Origin: an uncultured Rhizobiaceae group bacterium
GTDB taxonomy: Bacteria; Pseudomonadota; Alphaproteobacteria; Rhizobiales; Rhizobiaceae
Reading direction: 5' to 3'
Assembly: GCA_938030645.1 (NCBI GenBank)
Contig: CALHHQ010000028.1
Coordinates: forward strand, 1-35,923
Length of the DNA stretch: 35,923 nt
Positions within the stretch are counted from its first letter, which is position 1, and each line of letters begins with the position of its first letter. The translations under genes and the position numbers were made by a program. Under the pieces are notes generated by a model, which saw nothing but the letters and a program-made list of their open reading frames with translations, made no database searches and had not been told where the DNA came from. Positions 1 through 9,677 of this stretch are shown here, one piece after another.

Positions 1-164
1 GCCATTGAGGGCACACTGGAAAAATGCTTGCTGATTTTTGCAACGGCTTTCTTATCGTTCTTGCCGATGCGTGCTTCCACTGCCGTTGAAAAAGAACTGG
101 TCGCGACAACCACGCTCACAAAGGCGGCGGCGCATAGTCCGGTCATTTTACGAAATGGAGTCAT
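1..164 (-). CDS. lolA: Outer-membrane lipoprotein carrier protein LolA, 5' part only (runs off the window)
   Basis: Not in ORF track. Manual translation from ATG 164: MTPFRKMTGLCAAAFVSVVVATSSFSTAVEARIGKNDKKAVAKISKHFSSVPSMA, a signal peptide followed by a LolA-like start. Lies downstream of ftsK, the usual order. Confidence 0.75.
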   Translation of the reverse strand, partial: MTPFRKMTGLCAAAFVSVVVATSSFSTAVEARIGKNDKKAVAKISKHFSSVPSM

Positions 165-274
165 AAAGAATTGCTCACACATTTGAGGTCTGTTTCCGAG
201 GCCGCACACAACTTACGAGCCAACATTGGTATAGTCATCGATTTAGGCATCACTGTGATTCACAGTTACACCGT

Positions 275-2980
275 TTAGATCGTTTCATTTTCATCTGGTA
301 CAAGAATTTCACGTTTGCCAGCATGGTTCGCGGCACTGATGAGCCCCTCTTCTTCCATGCGTTCAATCAGAGACGCTGCCCGGTTGTAACCAATTGATAA
401 ACGTCGCTGGATGTAAGACGTGGAGACCTTGCGATCACGAAGAACAACAGCCACGGCTTGATCATACGGATCATCTGAATCACCCATATCACCGGCGCCA
501 GCGCCGCCACCTGCAGCCGCCTCTTCTTCTTCATCTTCTTCGGTAATGGCTTCTAGATATTGCGGCACACCTTGTGTCTTGAGGTGGTTCACAATGTCTT
601 CAACCTCTTGGTCGGCAACAAATGGACCGTGAACACGCGTAATACGACCACCGCCAGCCATATAGAGCATGTCACCCATGCCCAGCAGTTGTTCAGCACC
701 CATTTCTCCAAGAATAGTTCTCGAATCAATTTTGGAAGTCACCTGGAATGAAATACGTGTTGGGAAGTTGGCTTTAATCGTGCCAGTGATCACGTCCACT
801 GAAGGCCGTTGTGTTGCCATGATAACGTGAATACCAGCAGCACGCGCCATTTGCGCAAGACGCTGAACAGTGCCTTCAATATCTTTGCCGGCCACCATCA
901 TAAGGTCAGCCATCTCGTCGATAATCACGACGATGAACGGCATTGGTTCTAAATCCAGTTCTTCGGTTTCGTAAATCGCCTCACCCGTATGGCGGTCAAA
1001 ACCAGTTTGAACGGTGCGGGAAACAACTTCACCCTTTGCTGCAGCCTCAGCAACGCGGGCATTGAAACCGTCAATGTTACGAACACCAACCTTAGACATC
1101 TTTTTATAGCGATCTTCCATCTCGCGGACGGTCCACTTGAGGGCCACCACCGCTTTCTTTGGGTCAACCACAACAGGGGTCAGCAAATGCGGAATGCCAT
1201 CATAGATCGACAGTTCCAACATTTTTGGGTCGATCATGATCATCTTACATTTGTCCGGACCCAGACGATAAAGCAGCGATAAAATCATCGTGTTGATACC
1301 GACGGATTTACCCGAACCAGTCGTACCCGCCATCAACAAGTGAGGCATTTTTGCCAGGTCGGCAATCACTGGTTCACCACCAATGGTTTTGCCCAAACAC
1401 ATCGCCAGTTTGGCTTTTGTGTTCTTAAACTCTTTGCTCGACAATTGCTCGCGCAAGTAGACGGTCTCGCGACGTTTGTTCGGCAGTTCAACACCAATGG
1501 CATTACGACCAGGTACAACAGCAACACGTGCAGCAATCGCGCTCATAGAACGTGCGATATCTTCTGCCAATCCGATCACGCGAGAAGATTTAACACCCGG
1601 CGCTGGTTCAAGTTCGTAAAGCGTAACCACTGGGCCGGGTCGCACTTTGAGAATTTGCCCTTTAACGCCAAAATCTTCCAACACACCCATTAAACGTTGA
1701 GCATTTTCTTCCAATGCTTCGTTAGATAGGGACGGATCATCAACAAGGTTTTGCGCCTCAGAAAGCAATTCAAGTGCTGGAAGTTCAAACTTGCCTGTGG
1801 GCGCCTTTGGCTTTGCACGTTTCACATCGCGTACGATAACAGGTGTCGTATCTGCAGCGTCCGTGTGCGGTACGGGATCGTCAGACTGAACACCCGGAGC
1901 TTCTACTAAAACACGTTCTGATGACTGTGATGTTGAGGATTCCGGCACGTAGTCCTGAGTCGCAGAACTAGGTTCGGAAACAACACTGTGCATTTCAGAT
2001 GGATCAGCGGAGACAGGTTCAACACTCATATTTTCCGCAAATTCGGCTTCCATCAAAGAGGGTTCAACACGATGTGTTGGTGCTTCGGCAATTGGAGCAC
2101 CAGCAGAATGGTGATCTGCCATTGGTTTTGCAACAGAGGCCTGTACACGACGACGACGCATAAAGGACGTTGCGCTGTGGCCAAAATGCATGACTAAGCC
2201 AAGCGGAACAGCAAAAAAGCCTCCCCAATCAAAGCCGTCTTCTTCAATCTGCATTTCACTTCCGGGTTCAGCACGATCAACGGCAACGGGTTGGCTTGAG
2301 CTTTGTTCTTCCACAGCTGTTTTCTTAGGCGGAATACCATTGGCAAGGTTTGTTGCTTTGCCAAAAGCCCATAGTCCTGGCACGCCAAACACAATGAACA
2401 GAATGGATGCAAAGATCCCAGATGGATAATCACCTGTGAATGCCTTGGGAATGTTTAAAACAGCATCACCAATCACACCACCGAGCCCCAATTGCAGAGG
2501 CCAACCCGATGGAATGGCAATGCAACCCAAAGCTGCTGAAAGGAGAAGAATGGATAGTGCGGAATAGCCAAGTCGCTTCTTGGCAGACATCACTTGGCGA
2601 TGGTTCAGTCGCAAGCACCCCCAAATAAAAGGCAAAGCCACAAAGAGCAGTGATGAAAACCCTACAAACTGCATAGAAATATCTGCGAAGCTTGCGCCCC
2701 AGAATCCGAGCCAGTTTTCGGCTTCGGACCCGTTGGCAAATGTCAGGCTTGGGTCACTAATGGTCCAAGTGGAAAGTGCAACCGCGCATAAGGCAGCAAC
2801 AAATAATAGAATAAAACCAGCAGCTCTCGCAAATGGTCTTGATAACCATTCTGGAACAGCATTGCGCATAACACTTAGCAAAGTGTGTTTTGGATAGCGG
2901 CTCGGCGATCCAACTGGTGAGGCTTCATGTCCGGCTGGAGAATAGCCCGCTGCACTGATTTCAGGTGCCTGCATACTCAA
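275..2980 (-). CDS. ftsK: DNA translocase FtsK
   Basis: N-terminal TM segments, low-complexity linker, Walker [24 protein letters not shown], gamma domain [17 protein letters not shown]. Start may be ATG 2974. Confidence 0.97.
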   Translation of the reverse strand: MSMQAPEISAAGYSPAGHEASPVGSPSRYPKHTLLSVMRNAVPEWLSRPFARAAGFILLFVAALCAVALSTWTISDPSLTFANGSEAENWLGFWGASFADISMQFVGFSSLLFVALPFIWGCLRLNHRQVMSAKKRLGYSALSILLLSAALGCIAIPSGWPLQLGLGGVIGDAVLNIPKAFTGDYPSGIFASILFIVFGVPGLWAFGKATNLANGIPPKKTAVEEQSSSQPVAVDRAEPGSEMQIEEDGFDWGGFFAVPLGLVMHFGHSATSFMRRRRVQASVAKPMADHHSAGAPIAEAPTHRVEPSLMEAEFAENMSVEPVSADPSEMHSVVSEPSSATQDYVPESSTSQSSERVLVEAPGVQSDDPVPHTDAADTTPVIVRDVKRAKPKAPTGKFELPALELLSEAQNLVDDPSLSNEALEENAQRLMGVLEDFGVKGQILKVRPGPVVTLYELEPAPGVKSSRVIGLAEDIARSMSAIAARVAVVPGRNAIGVELPNKRRETVYLREQLSSKEFKNTKAKLAMCLGKTIGGEPVIADLAKMPHLLMAGTTGSGKSVGINTMILSLLYRLGPDKCKMIMIDPKMLELSIYDGIPHLLTPVVVDPKKAVVALKWTVREMEDRYKKMSKVGVRNIDGFNARVAEAAAKGEVVSRTVQTGFDRHTGEAIYETEELDLEPMPFIVVIIDEMADLMMVAGKDIEGTVQRLAQMARAAGIHVIMATQRPSVDVITGTIKANFPTRISFQVTSKIDSRTILGEMGAEQLLGMGDMLYMAGGGRITRVHGPFVADQEVEDIVNHLKTQGVPQYLEAITEEDEEEEAAAGGGAGAGDMGDSDDPYDQAVAVVLRDRKVSTSYIQRRLSIGYNRAASLIERMEEEGLISAANHAGKREILVPDENETI

Positions 2981-3086
2981 ATACCCTTTTTGCGCTGCCC
3001 TTTTGGCAACTCATACAAATTGCTGCGAAGCTGAACGCACGAGGTTCAAGTCCGAGTCACATAGTCAAACAATAGGAGTTTGATGG

Positions 3087-3102
3087 TTAAGAGCCTGTTA
3101 AC
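3087..3102. promoter_or_regulatory. CtrA binding box upstream of ftsK
   Basis: TTAA-GAGCCTG-TTAAC matches TTAA-N7-TTAAC on both strands, inside the palindrome atggttaa-N7-ttaaccat. Confidence 0.75.
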
Positions 3103-3128
3103 CATGGAGAAGAGATGAGCTCTTTTGC

Positions 3129-3163
3129 AAAAAAAACGGCCCTGAAATCGATTTCAGAGCCGT
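3129..3163 (-). terminator. Intrinsic terminator after the second amt gene
   Basis: Minus strand acggctctgaaa-tcga-tttcagggccgt followed by a T run. Confidence 0.8.
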
Positions 3164-3204
3164 CAGTTTTCCAAAGGCCTCTTTGGGATTTACTTTTTGA
3201 AAGC

Positions 3205-4413
3205 TTACCCGATGCGATCGCTTTCAGGATTTGCACCAATTTTGTGAATTGAGAGATCGGCACCAATGCGCTGATCATCATCACTCATCCGCAAGCCAAT
3301 GAACATGCGCAGCACACCATACACGACCGCGCCTGCAATCATGGCGTAAACAACACCAGCGACAGATCCAATCAACTGACTGGTGAAGCTGACGCCACCC
3401 ATGCCACCGAGCGCTTCTGAACCAAAGATACCGCAAGCTAAACCACCAAGAACGCCGCAAAGTCCGTGTAGCGGCCAAACGCCCAAAACATCATCTACTT
3501 TCAACTTGTTTTGACACCAACCGAATGCCCATACAAACAAAGCACCCGCCGCTGCACCAGTTATCAAAGATCCGACCGGATGCATGACATCTGAACCCGC
3601 ACAAACTGCAACCAGACCAGCCAAAGCACCGTTATGAACAAAACCTGGGTCATTGCGCCCCACTATGAGAGCCGAAACAATACCGCCAACCATCGCCATC
3701 AATGAATTGAGAGCGACCAAACCCGAAATTCCTTCCAAGCTCACTGCTGTCATGACGTTAAAGCCGAACCAACCCACGCAGAGCATCCATGATCCCATTG
3801 CAAGCCACGGAATAGACGATGGTGGAATACCTTGAATACGACCATCTGCGCGATAACGATTGAAACGAGGCCCCAGAAGAAGAACGGCAGACAATGCCAT
3901 CCAGCCGCCCACCCCGTGAACAACAATTGAGCCGGCGAAATCATGGAATGGAGCACCAAATGAAGCTTCCAACCAATCATTGATGCCAAAATTACCACCC
4001 CATACGATCCCTTCAAAGAAAGGATAGAACAGGCCAACAATCATCACTGTTGCCAGACACTGGGGTAAAAATTTCATGCGCTCGGCGATACCACCGGAAA
4101 TGATCGCCGGAATAGCTGCCGCAAATGTGGTTAGGAAAAAGAACTTAACAAGATCGTAGCCCTGAAGCGCAAATCCTGTTCCTTCTCCGCCAGACAATGT
4201 CTGCGCGCCCACTAGGAAAGTCACACCATAAGCGATCCAATACCCAATGAAGAAATAAGCGATGGCTGACAGCGCAAAATCCACAAGGATTTTGACAAGC
4301 GCATTCACCTGATTTTTGTGTTGAACCGTTCCCACTTCGAGAAACGCAAAACCGCCATGCATGGCAAAGACAAGTATCGCCCCCATTAGAACGAAAAAGA
4401 CATCAGCACCCAT
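3205..4413 (-). CDS. amt: Ammonium transporter (Amt family), second divergent paralogue with no signal peptide
   Basis: GFAFLEVG, DFAGSIVVH, GWFGFN, NGALAGLVA, DDVLGVWPLHG. Twin His retained. GGGGA RBS. Confidence 0.93.
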   Translation of the reverse strand: MGADVFFVLMGAILVFAMHGGFAFLEVGTVQHKNQVNALVKILVDFALSAIAYFFIGYWIAYGVTFLVGAQTLSGGEGTGFALQGYDLVKFFFLTTFAAAIPAIISGGIAERMKFLPQCLATVMIVGLFYPFFEGIVWGGNFGINDWLEASFGAPFHDFAGSIVVHGVGGWMALSAVLLLGPRFNRYRADGRIQGIPPSSIPWLAMGSWMLCVGWFGFNVMTAVSLEGISGLVALNSLMAMVGGIVSALIVGRNDPGFVHNGALAGLVAVCAGSDVMHPVGSLITGAAAGALFVWAFGWCQNKLKVDDVLGVWPLHGLCGVLGGLACGIFGSEALGGMGGVSFTSQLIGSVAGVVYAMIAGAVVYGVLRMFIGLRMSDDDQRIGADLSIHKIGANPESDRIG

Positions 4414-4493
4414 AATAATCCCCGTTTTCTGCGCGCTGACCAGACAAAACGTCTCCGCAGAGAGACTAAAATGCGCGCAAGTATCCGGTGACT

Positions 4494-4509
4494 ATCAATA
4501 TGTGTGCCA
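4494..4509 (-). promoter_or_regulatory. sigma54 (-24/-12)-like promoter of the second amt
   Basis: Minus strand TGGCAC-ACATA-TTGAT against consensus TGGCAC-N5-TTGC, about 80 bp upstream of the ATG. Confidence 0.65.
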
Positions 4510-4571
4510 GATTCTTAGATGCTTGAATTCATTAACGAATTCAAAAGCATCATTATATCGCGCATATCATA

Positions 4572-4588
4572 TGTCTAAATTTCAGGCA
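4572..4588. promoter_or_regulatory. Putative NtrC-type site
   Basis: TGTCT-AAATTTC-AGGCA, a 17-bp TGC-N11-GCA-like dyad with AT-rich core, about 60 bp upstream of the sigma54-like motif. Confidence 0.5.
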
Positions 4589-4598
4589 GACATGCAAA

Positions 4599-4629
4599 CA
4601 ACCTGCCTGTTTTTTCAACAGGCAGGTTG
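4599..4629. repeat. Perfect 13-bp inverted repeat (possible amtB terminator, stabiliser or operator)
   Basis: caacctgcctgtt-ttttc-aacaggcaggttg, with only a short T run after it on the minus strand. Confidence 0.7.
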
Positions 4630-4688
4630 CATTTCCAAAGACAGGCGCCTCTCTTACGGGGTTTTTGATTTAAAGCGCCCGATAGAAG

Positions 4689-6026
4689 TTAGCCCCGTCC
4701 GAAAGTGAATTCCGGATAGGCCTCCACACCGATCTCGCTGCGGTCAAGACCGTTGGCTTCTTCTTCCTCGGAAACCCGGATGCCGATTGTGTATTTCAGA
4801 GCCAGCCAGATGACTGCGCTGAACACAACGGTGAACACTGCGTAAGCTGCGATGCCATAGATTTGAGCGCCGAAGTTGGCACCACTGTTGGTCAATGGAA
4901 CCGCAAGTGTGCCCCAGATACCTGCAAGCAAGTGAACTGGAATAGCACCAACCACATCATCGATTTTTAGCTTGTCGAGAAGCGGTACTGCTAAGACCAC
5001 GATCACACCACCAACTGCTCCGATAGCAACAGCCGCCAATGGTGAAGGTGTTAGTGGTTCAGCTGTAATGGATACAAGACCTGCCAACGCGCCGTTCAGC
5101 GCTATTGTAACATCAAGCTTGCCGTACATGAATTGCATCACGATCAGTGTTGCGACCACGCCACCTGCTGCAGCAAGGTTTGTGTTAGCAAAGATGCGAG
5201 AAACATCAGACACATCGCCAATGGTGCCCATGGCCAATTGTGATGCGCCGTTGAAGCCAAACCAACCGAGCCACAGAATGAATGTACCCAGTGTTGCAAG
5301 TGGAATGTTGGAACCAACCATTGGAACAACGCGACCATCAGCAGAGTATTTGCCTTTACGTGCACCGAGAATGATTGCGCCGGTCAAAGCAGCCCAGCCA
5401 CCAACTGAGTGAACGATTGTGGAACCCGCAAAGTCGTTGAAGCCTGCTTCTTTCAGGAAGCCTGCACCCCAGTGCCATGAGCCTGAAATCGGATACATGA
5501 TGCCGGTTAGAACAACTGTAAAAATGAGGAACGGCCAGAGTTTCACACGCTCGGCAATGGTACCTGACACGATAGACGCTGTTGCAGCCACAAATGCCAT
5601 TTGGAAGAACCAGTCGGACGCCGTGGAATAACCAGTGTCGAGAGCGTTTCCGCCCACATCATCAAAGCCATAACCAAACACGCTGAACGTACCCATCACG
5701 CCACCATCAACACCGGTGTACATGAGATTATAGCCGATCCAGTAATACATCAGACCAGCGATAGAATAGAGAGCGATGTTTTTCAGACATTGCATTGAAA
5801 CGTTTTTGGCCCGCACCAACCCCGCTTCCAACATAGCAAAACCAGCTGCCATGAACATGACGAGAAAGCCGCCAATAAGGAACAGCAACGTGTTGAAGAT
5901 ATATGCTGAATTTGCGGCAACACTTTCTGCAGTGACCGCATCTTGCGCAAGGCTTGGCCCTGCAAACGCTGAGGCAGCAAGGAGAACCCCTGCAACACCA
6001 GCGCATTTCTTAAATGAAAGTTTCAT
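4689..6026 (-). CDS. amtB: Ammonium transporter AmtB with cleavable signal peptide
   Basis: GFAMLEAG, FFQMAF, DFAGSTIVH, WFGFNGAS, DDVVGAIPVH. Start moved from 6176 to ATG 6026 (or 6032) because of the AAGGG RBS and because the longer form overlaps glnK. Confidence 0.95.
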   Translation of the reverse strand: MKLSFKKCAGVAGVLLAASAFAGPSLAQDAVTAESVAANSAYIFNTLLFLIGGFLVMFMAAGFAMLEAGLVRAKNVSMQCLKNIALYSIAGLMYYWIGYNLMYTGVDGGVMGTFSVFGYGFDDVGGNALDTGYSTASDWFFQMAFVAATASIVSGTIAERVKLWPFLIFTVVLTGIMYPISGSWHWGAGFLKEAGFNDFAGSTIVHSVGGWAALTGAIILGARKGKYSADGRVVPMVGSNIPLATLGTFILWLGWFGFNGASQLAMGTIGDVSDVSRIFANTNLAAAGGVVATLIVMQFMYGKLDVTIALNGALAGLVSITAEPLTPSPLAAVAIGAVGGVIVVLAVPLLDKLKIDDVVGAIPVHLLAGIWGTLAVPLTNSGANFGAQIYGIAAYAVFTVVFSAVIWLALKYTIGIRVSEEEEANGLDRSEIGVEAYPEFTFGRG

Positions 6027-6054
6027 TTTCATACCCTTTGAATGATGTATCGAG

Positions 6055-6393
6055 CTAGAGCGCTTCTGCGCCAGCTTCGCCTGTACGAATGCGCACGGCT
6101 TGTTCCAGATCCAGAACGAAGACTTTACCGTCACCGATTTGGCCTGTGCCTGCTGCTTCGCGCACGGTGTCAACAACTTGCGCAGCAGCTGAATCGTCGA
6201 CAGCTATTTCCAGTTTGAGTTTTGGTACAAAATGGACCGCATATTCTGCGCCACGATAAATCTCGCTTTGTCCTTTTTGACGTCCATAGCCTTTGACTTC
6301 AGTTACGGTCAGACCCTGTACGCCAATAGCGGACAGAGCATCGCGAACTTCATCAAGCTTGAACGGTTTAATGATTGCTATGACAAATTTCAT
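6055..6393 (-). CDS. glnK: P-II nitrogen regulator GlnK
   Basis: 112 aa, IIKPFKL, T-loop YRGAEY with Tyr51, GDGKVFV, RIRTGE. Directly upstream of amtB. Confidence 0.97.
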   Translation of the reverse strand: MKFVIAIIKPFKLDEVRDALSAIGVQGLTVTEVKGYGRQKGQSEIYRGAEYAVHFVPKLKLEIAVDDSAAAQVVDTVREAAGTGQIGDGKVFVLDLEQAVRIRTGEAGAEAL

Positions 6394-6481
6394 GTCTTTC
6401 CCGTCTCTCCTTTGAAAGCCTGAAACCCCTCAGGCTTTTTCTTCAGCAACCGCAGTTTGAACGGCTGATAGAAGACGGGTT

Positions 6482-6497
6482 TTCAAGTGGCGTGCCA
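6482..6497 (-). promoter_or_regulatory. sigma54-like promoter of glnK-amtB
   Basis: Minus strand TGGCAC-GCCAC-TTGAA. Confidence 0.75.
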
Positions 6498-6560
6498 GTT
6501 TTGCAAGCTATTGAAATTATGAGAAAAAATGTAGAGAAGGGGATTTTTGACGCAACACTA

Positions 6561-6577
6561 TGCATAAATTATGTGCA
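6561..6577. promoter_or_regulatory. NtrC binding site 1 for glnK
   Basis: TGCAT-AAATTAT-GTGCA, a 17-bp TGC-N11-GCA dyad upstream of the sigma54 motif. Confidence 0.7.
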
Positions 6578-6596
6578 CAATATCTCAAACATCAAT

Positions 6597-7523
6597 TTAT
6601 GACTGTTTTTTAGGCATGCCAGAATTTGTACGATTTGGATCGCGCGGACGGATAAGCCCTTCTTGAGCACAAGATGCCACCAACAAACCATCACGGGTGT
6701 AAAGCGAGCCGCGTGTCAGTCCACGCCCTCCGTTTGAATTGGGGCTGTCTTGGGCAAACAACAGCCATTCATTCATATTAATTGGGCGGTGAAACCACAT
6801 AGCATGATCAAGGCTTGCCACTTGCAAGTCTTTATCGAACACTTTGCGACCGTGAGGATAAAGCGCTGTGTCGAGCAATGTCATATCAGATGCATAAGCC
6901 AAAACAGCAGCCTGCAAAGCCTGATTTTCAGGTATCGGGCCCGTTGCCCGCACCCAGACATATTGCTCTGGGGGAAGTTTTTTATTGGAAATGAAATGTT
7001 CAAACGATGTGGCCCGCACTTCAATAGGCCGCTCACGCTTCCAATAAGCTTTGACGTTCTCAGGCGCAAATTCCATAAACTTGGATTTCAATTCCTTTTC
7101 ACTCATCAAGGTTTCAGGATCTGCCTGATTGGGCATGGACATGTGAAAGTCCAACCCTTCCTCTTGAATTTGAAATGACACTGAGGTGGAGAAAATTGCC
7201 TTGCCGTGCTGAATACCAATCACCCGACGTGTGGTGAAAGATCCACCGTCACGAATGCGGTCCACTTCATAAACAATGGGAACAGATGGATCACCTGGTC
7301 GCAAAAAGTACCCATGAAGCGAGTGCACGTGGCGATCTTCTGGTACCGTTCGTTGCGCCGCCACCAAAGCTTGTCCGATCACTTGCCCGCCAAAAACCCG
7401 CTGCCAACCTGTTTTGGGGCTGCGACCACGATACAGGTTGCGCTCAAGCACTTCGAGGTCGAGGATGTCGAGTAACTCTTCGACAGCGGTTTGCGTGTTT
7501 GTTTTTGAATTTTCACTGGTCAT
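6597..7523 (-). CDS. tesB: Acyl-CoA thioesterase II
   Basis: RVFGGQVIGQAL, HSLHGYFLRPGD, RDGGSFTTRRV, ASLDHAMWFH, QEGLIR. Confidence 0.95.
   Translation of the reverse strand: MTSENSKTNTQTAVEELLDILDLEVLERNLYRGRSPKTGWQRVFGGQVIGQALVAAQRTVPEDRHVHSLHGYFLRPGDPSVPIVYEVDRIRDGGSFTTRRVIGIQHGKAIFSTSVSFQIQEEGLDFHMSMPNQADPETLMSEKELKSKFMEFAPENVKAYWKRERPIEVRATSFEHFISNKKLPPEQYVWVRATGPIPENQALQAAVLAYASDMTLLDTALYPHGRKVFDKDLQVASLDHAMWFHRPINMNEWLLFAQDSPNSNGGRGLTRGSLYTRDGLLVASCAQEGLIRPRDPNRTNSGMPKKQS
6600..6616. promoter_or_regulatory. Putative NtrC binding site 2 inside the 3' end of tesB
   Basis: TGACT-GTTTTTT-AGGCA, offset 39 bp from site 1. Confidence 0.5.
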
Positions 7524-7619
7524 AAGAACTTTCGCACACCATATAAACGTCGAGACAATTTAAACCCGTTCCGCTTCTATGGGACAAGTGAGAAATAGTG
7601 CTTTGCTATTGGGATCGTC

Positions 7620-8858
7620 ATGACAAAACTATCTGCGAAACATTTTGATTGCGTGATTGCAGGTGGCGGATATGTCGGCCTTTCCACTGCCGTGGCTATT
7701 AAGGCATCAGCCCCGCATCTCAATATTTTGCTAGTCGACGCCGCTCCTGCAGACGCAGTGAACTCTGACGAGCGGGCATCGGCAATAGCTGCTGCTGCCA
7801 GCCGCATGTTGGATCAGCTTGGTCTATGGGCTGATCTCATAAAAGAAGCCCAACCCATCACAGAAATGATTGTCACGGACAGCAAAACATCAGACCCCGT
7901 GCGACCTGTGTTTTTGACCTTTGGCAATGCGGAAGAGCCCAAAACAAATGAGCCGTTTGCCCATATGGTGCCAAACAAAGCAATGATCAAAGCACTGCGC
8001 GCAAAGGCAGAAGAACTAAAAATCGAATTGCGGCACGGCGATACCGTTGCATCCTTTGAAACAGGCGACGTTACGACTGATGTAAAACTGGGTTCAGGGT
8101 TATCCATCAACACAAGACTGCTTATTGCAGCTGACGGCGTGCGTTCATCGCTTCGCGATCAGGCTGGCATAAAGACAGTCCGTTGGGCCTATGATCAGAT
8201 GGGCATTGTCACCACTGTTGCCCATGAACGACCACACAACGGCCGCGCAGAAGAACATTTCTTGCCCGGTGGACCATTTGCGACTTTGCCATTGACTGGA
8301 AATAGATCTTCACTGGTTTGGACAGAACCAAATGACAACGCCAAACGATTGATGGATGCAGACGATTTCACATTTGAACTGGAACTGGAAAAACGTTTTG
8401 GCCACAAACTAGGTGACATTGAAGTGGCTGGACCGCGCAAAGCATTTCCGCTGGGGTTGACGCTGGCGAGAGAGTTTGTGGCGCCACGTTTTGCATTGGT
8501 AGGTGATGCCGCACATGGCATTCATCCAATTGCAGGCCAAGGCCTTAATCTCGGTTTCAAAGACGCCGCTGCACTTGCTCAGACGATCGTGGAAGCCGAC
8601 AGGCTCGGTCTCGACATTGGTTCAATCACAACGCTCGAACGGTATCAAACCTGGCGCCGTTTCGACACAGTGCAAATGGGTGTGGTGACCGATGTGTTGA
8701 ACCGATTGTTCTCCAACGACATAGGCCCGTTGCGCATGTTGCGCACGGTCGGTCTTGGAATAGTGGATCGATTGCCAGCTCTGAAAAACAGCTTCATCAA
8801 CCAAGCCGCGGGACGTGGAAACAGCAATCCGGCACTGTTGAACGGTGAAGCTATTTAA
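7620..8858 (+). CDS. ubiH: FAD-dependent ubiquinone biosynthesis hydroxylase (UbiH/UbiF/COQ6 family)
   Basis: GGGYVG FAD motif, AADG, GDAAHGIHPIAGQGLNLG. Exact paralogue identity is uncertain. Confidence 0.85.
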   Translation: MTKLSAKHFDCVIAGGGYVGLSTAVAIKASAPHLNILLVDAAPADAVNSDERASAIAAAASRMLDQLGLWADLIKEAQPITEMIVTDSKTSDPVRPVFLTFGNAEEPKTNEPFAHMVPNKAMIKALRAKAEELKIELRHGDTVASFETGDVTTDVKLGSGLSINTRLLIAADGVRSSLRDQAGIKTVRWAYDQMGIVTTVAHERPHNGRAEEHFLPGGPFATLPLTGNRSSLVWTEPNDNAKRLMDADDFTFELELEKRFGHKLGDIEVAGPRKAFPLGLTLAREFVAPRFALVGDAAHGIHPIAGQGLNLGFKDAAALAQTIVEADRLGLDIGSITTLERYQTWRRFDTVQMGVVTDVLNRLFSNDIGPLRMLRTVGLGIVDRLPALKNSFINQAAGRGNSNPALLNGEAI

Positions 8859-9658
8859 CTGTCGGGATCTTTATCTCGCTTCTGGAAAAGCAAAATTATC
8901 GCCAGCATTCCAAATGTTGGAAATATGAACCATGGCGTGGTTATGCCCGAAAATAGTACATTGATAGAAAACACAAACGGTATGATCACCACTGCCAATT
9001 GAACAAGTCTGTTTTGATTGAGAAACCAGTTGAATGGTCGAATACCTTTGGTATTTCGAGGGTGATCAATTTCAGAAAAACCATCTGATTTAAGTCTGCG
9101 GACAGCATTCCCGGTAACCGTCGATTGGTTGTTGAATTTCGTTCGAACAACAAATGTGTCGATGCCCTCTTCTCCATCTTTAGCGACTTGTTCGCCAAGA
9201 TAATCAAATCCAATGGCCAATTGTTTGTGTGCAAGATCGTAAACCGACCGAGACACAAGAATACCACCTTCAGGAGCCGAGGCTTCTAAACGCGCAGCAA
9301 CGTTTACGCCTTCACCATAGAGATCATCGCCATCAACCATGACGTCACCAAGATTAATACCAACACGAAAAACCATATCACCATCGTCACCAACAGCAGC
9401 GTTTTCAGAAGCAATAGCTTCTTGAATATCAACGGCACATCGAACAGATTCAACGACCGAGGCAAACTCAGCAATAAATGCGTCGCCCCACGTATTGACC
9501 AAGCGACCATCGTATTGATCAAATTTGGCTTCAAAAATGGAGCGATAGCGCTGCAAACGATCAAACGCCTTGTCTTCATCTTGAGCCATATGTTGGCCAA
9601 ACCCAGAAACGTCCGCGCAGAAAATAGTGGTCAGCTTACGGCGTTGAGATTTGGCCAT
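8855..9658 (-). CDS. Class III adenylate/guanylate cyclase domain protein with two C-terminal TM helices
   Basis: FCADVSGF, NTWGDA, FRVGINLGDV, YGEGVNVAARLE, hydrophobic C-terminus. Confidence 0.9.
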   Translation of the reverse strand: MAKSQRRKLTTIFCADVSGFGQHMAQDEDKAFDRLQRYRSIFEAKFDQYDGRLVNTWGDAFIAEFASVVESVRCAVDIQEAIASENAAVGDDGDMVFRVGINLGDVMVDGDDLYGEGVNVAARLEASAPEGGILVSRSVYDLAHKQLAIGFDYLGEQVAKDGEEGIDTFVVRTKFNNQSTVTGNAVRRLKSDGFSEIDHPRNTKGIRPFNWFLNQNRLVQLAVVIIPFVFSINVLFSGITTPWFIFPTFGMLAIILLFQKRDKDPDS

Positions 9659-9677
9659 TTTGGTGAACCCCTTTCAA

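Noticed and set aside
6033-6176. 48-aa N-terminal extension of AmtB in the ORF track
   Set aside because: Overlaps glnK in another frame. The RBS and signal peptide support a start at 6026 or 6032.
8855-9658. Cyclase as a Pycsar/CBASS-type defence system
   Set aside because: It looks like an ordinary rhizobial class III cyclase, and there is no adjacent cyclic-nucleotide-binding, TIR or other effector gene.
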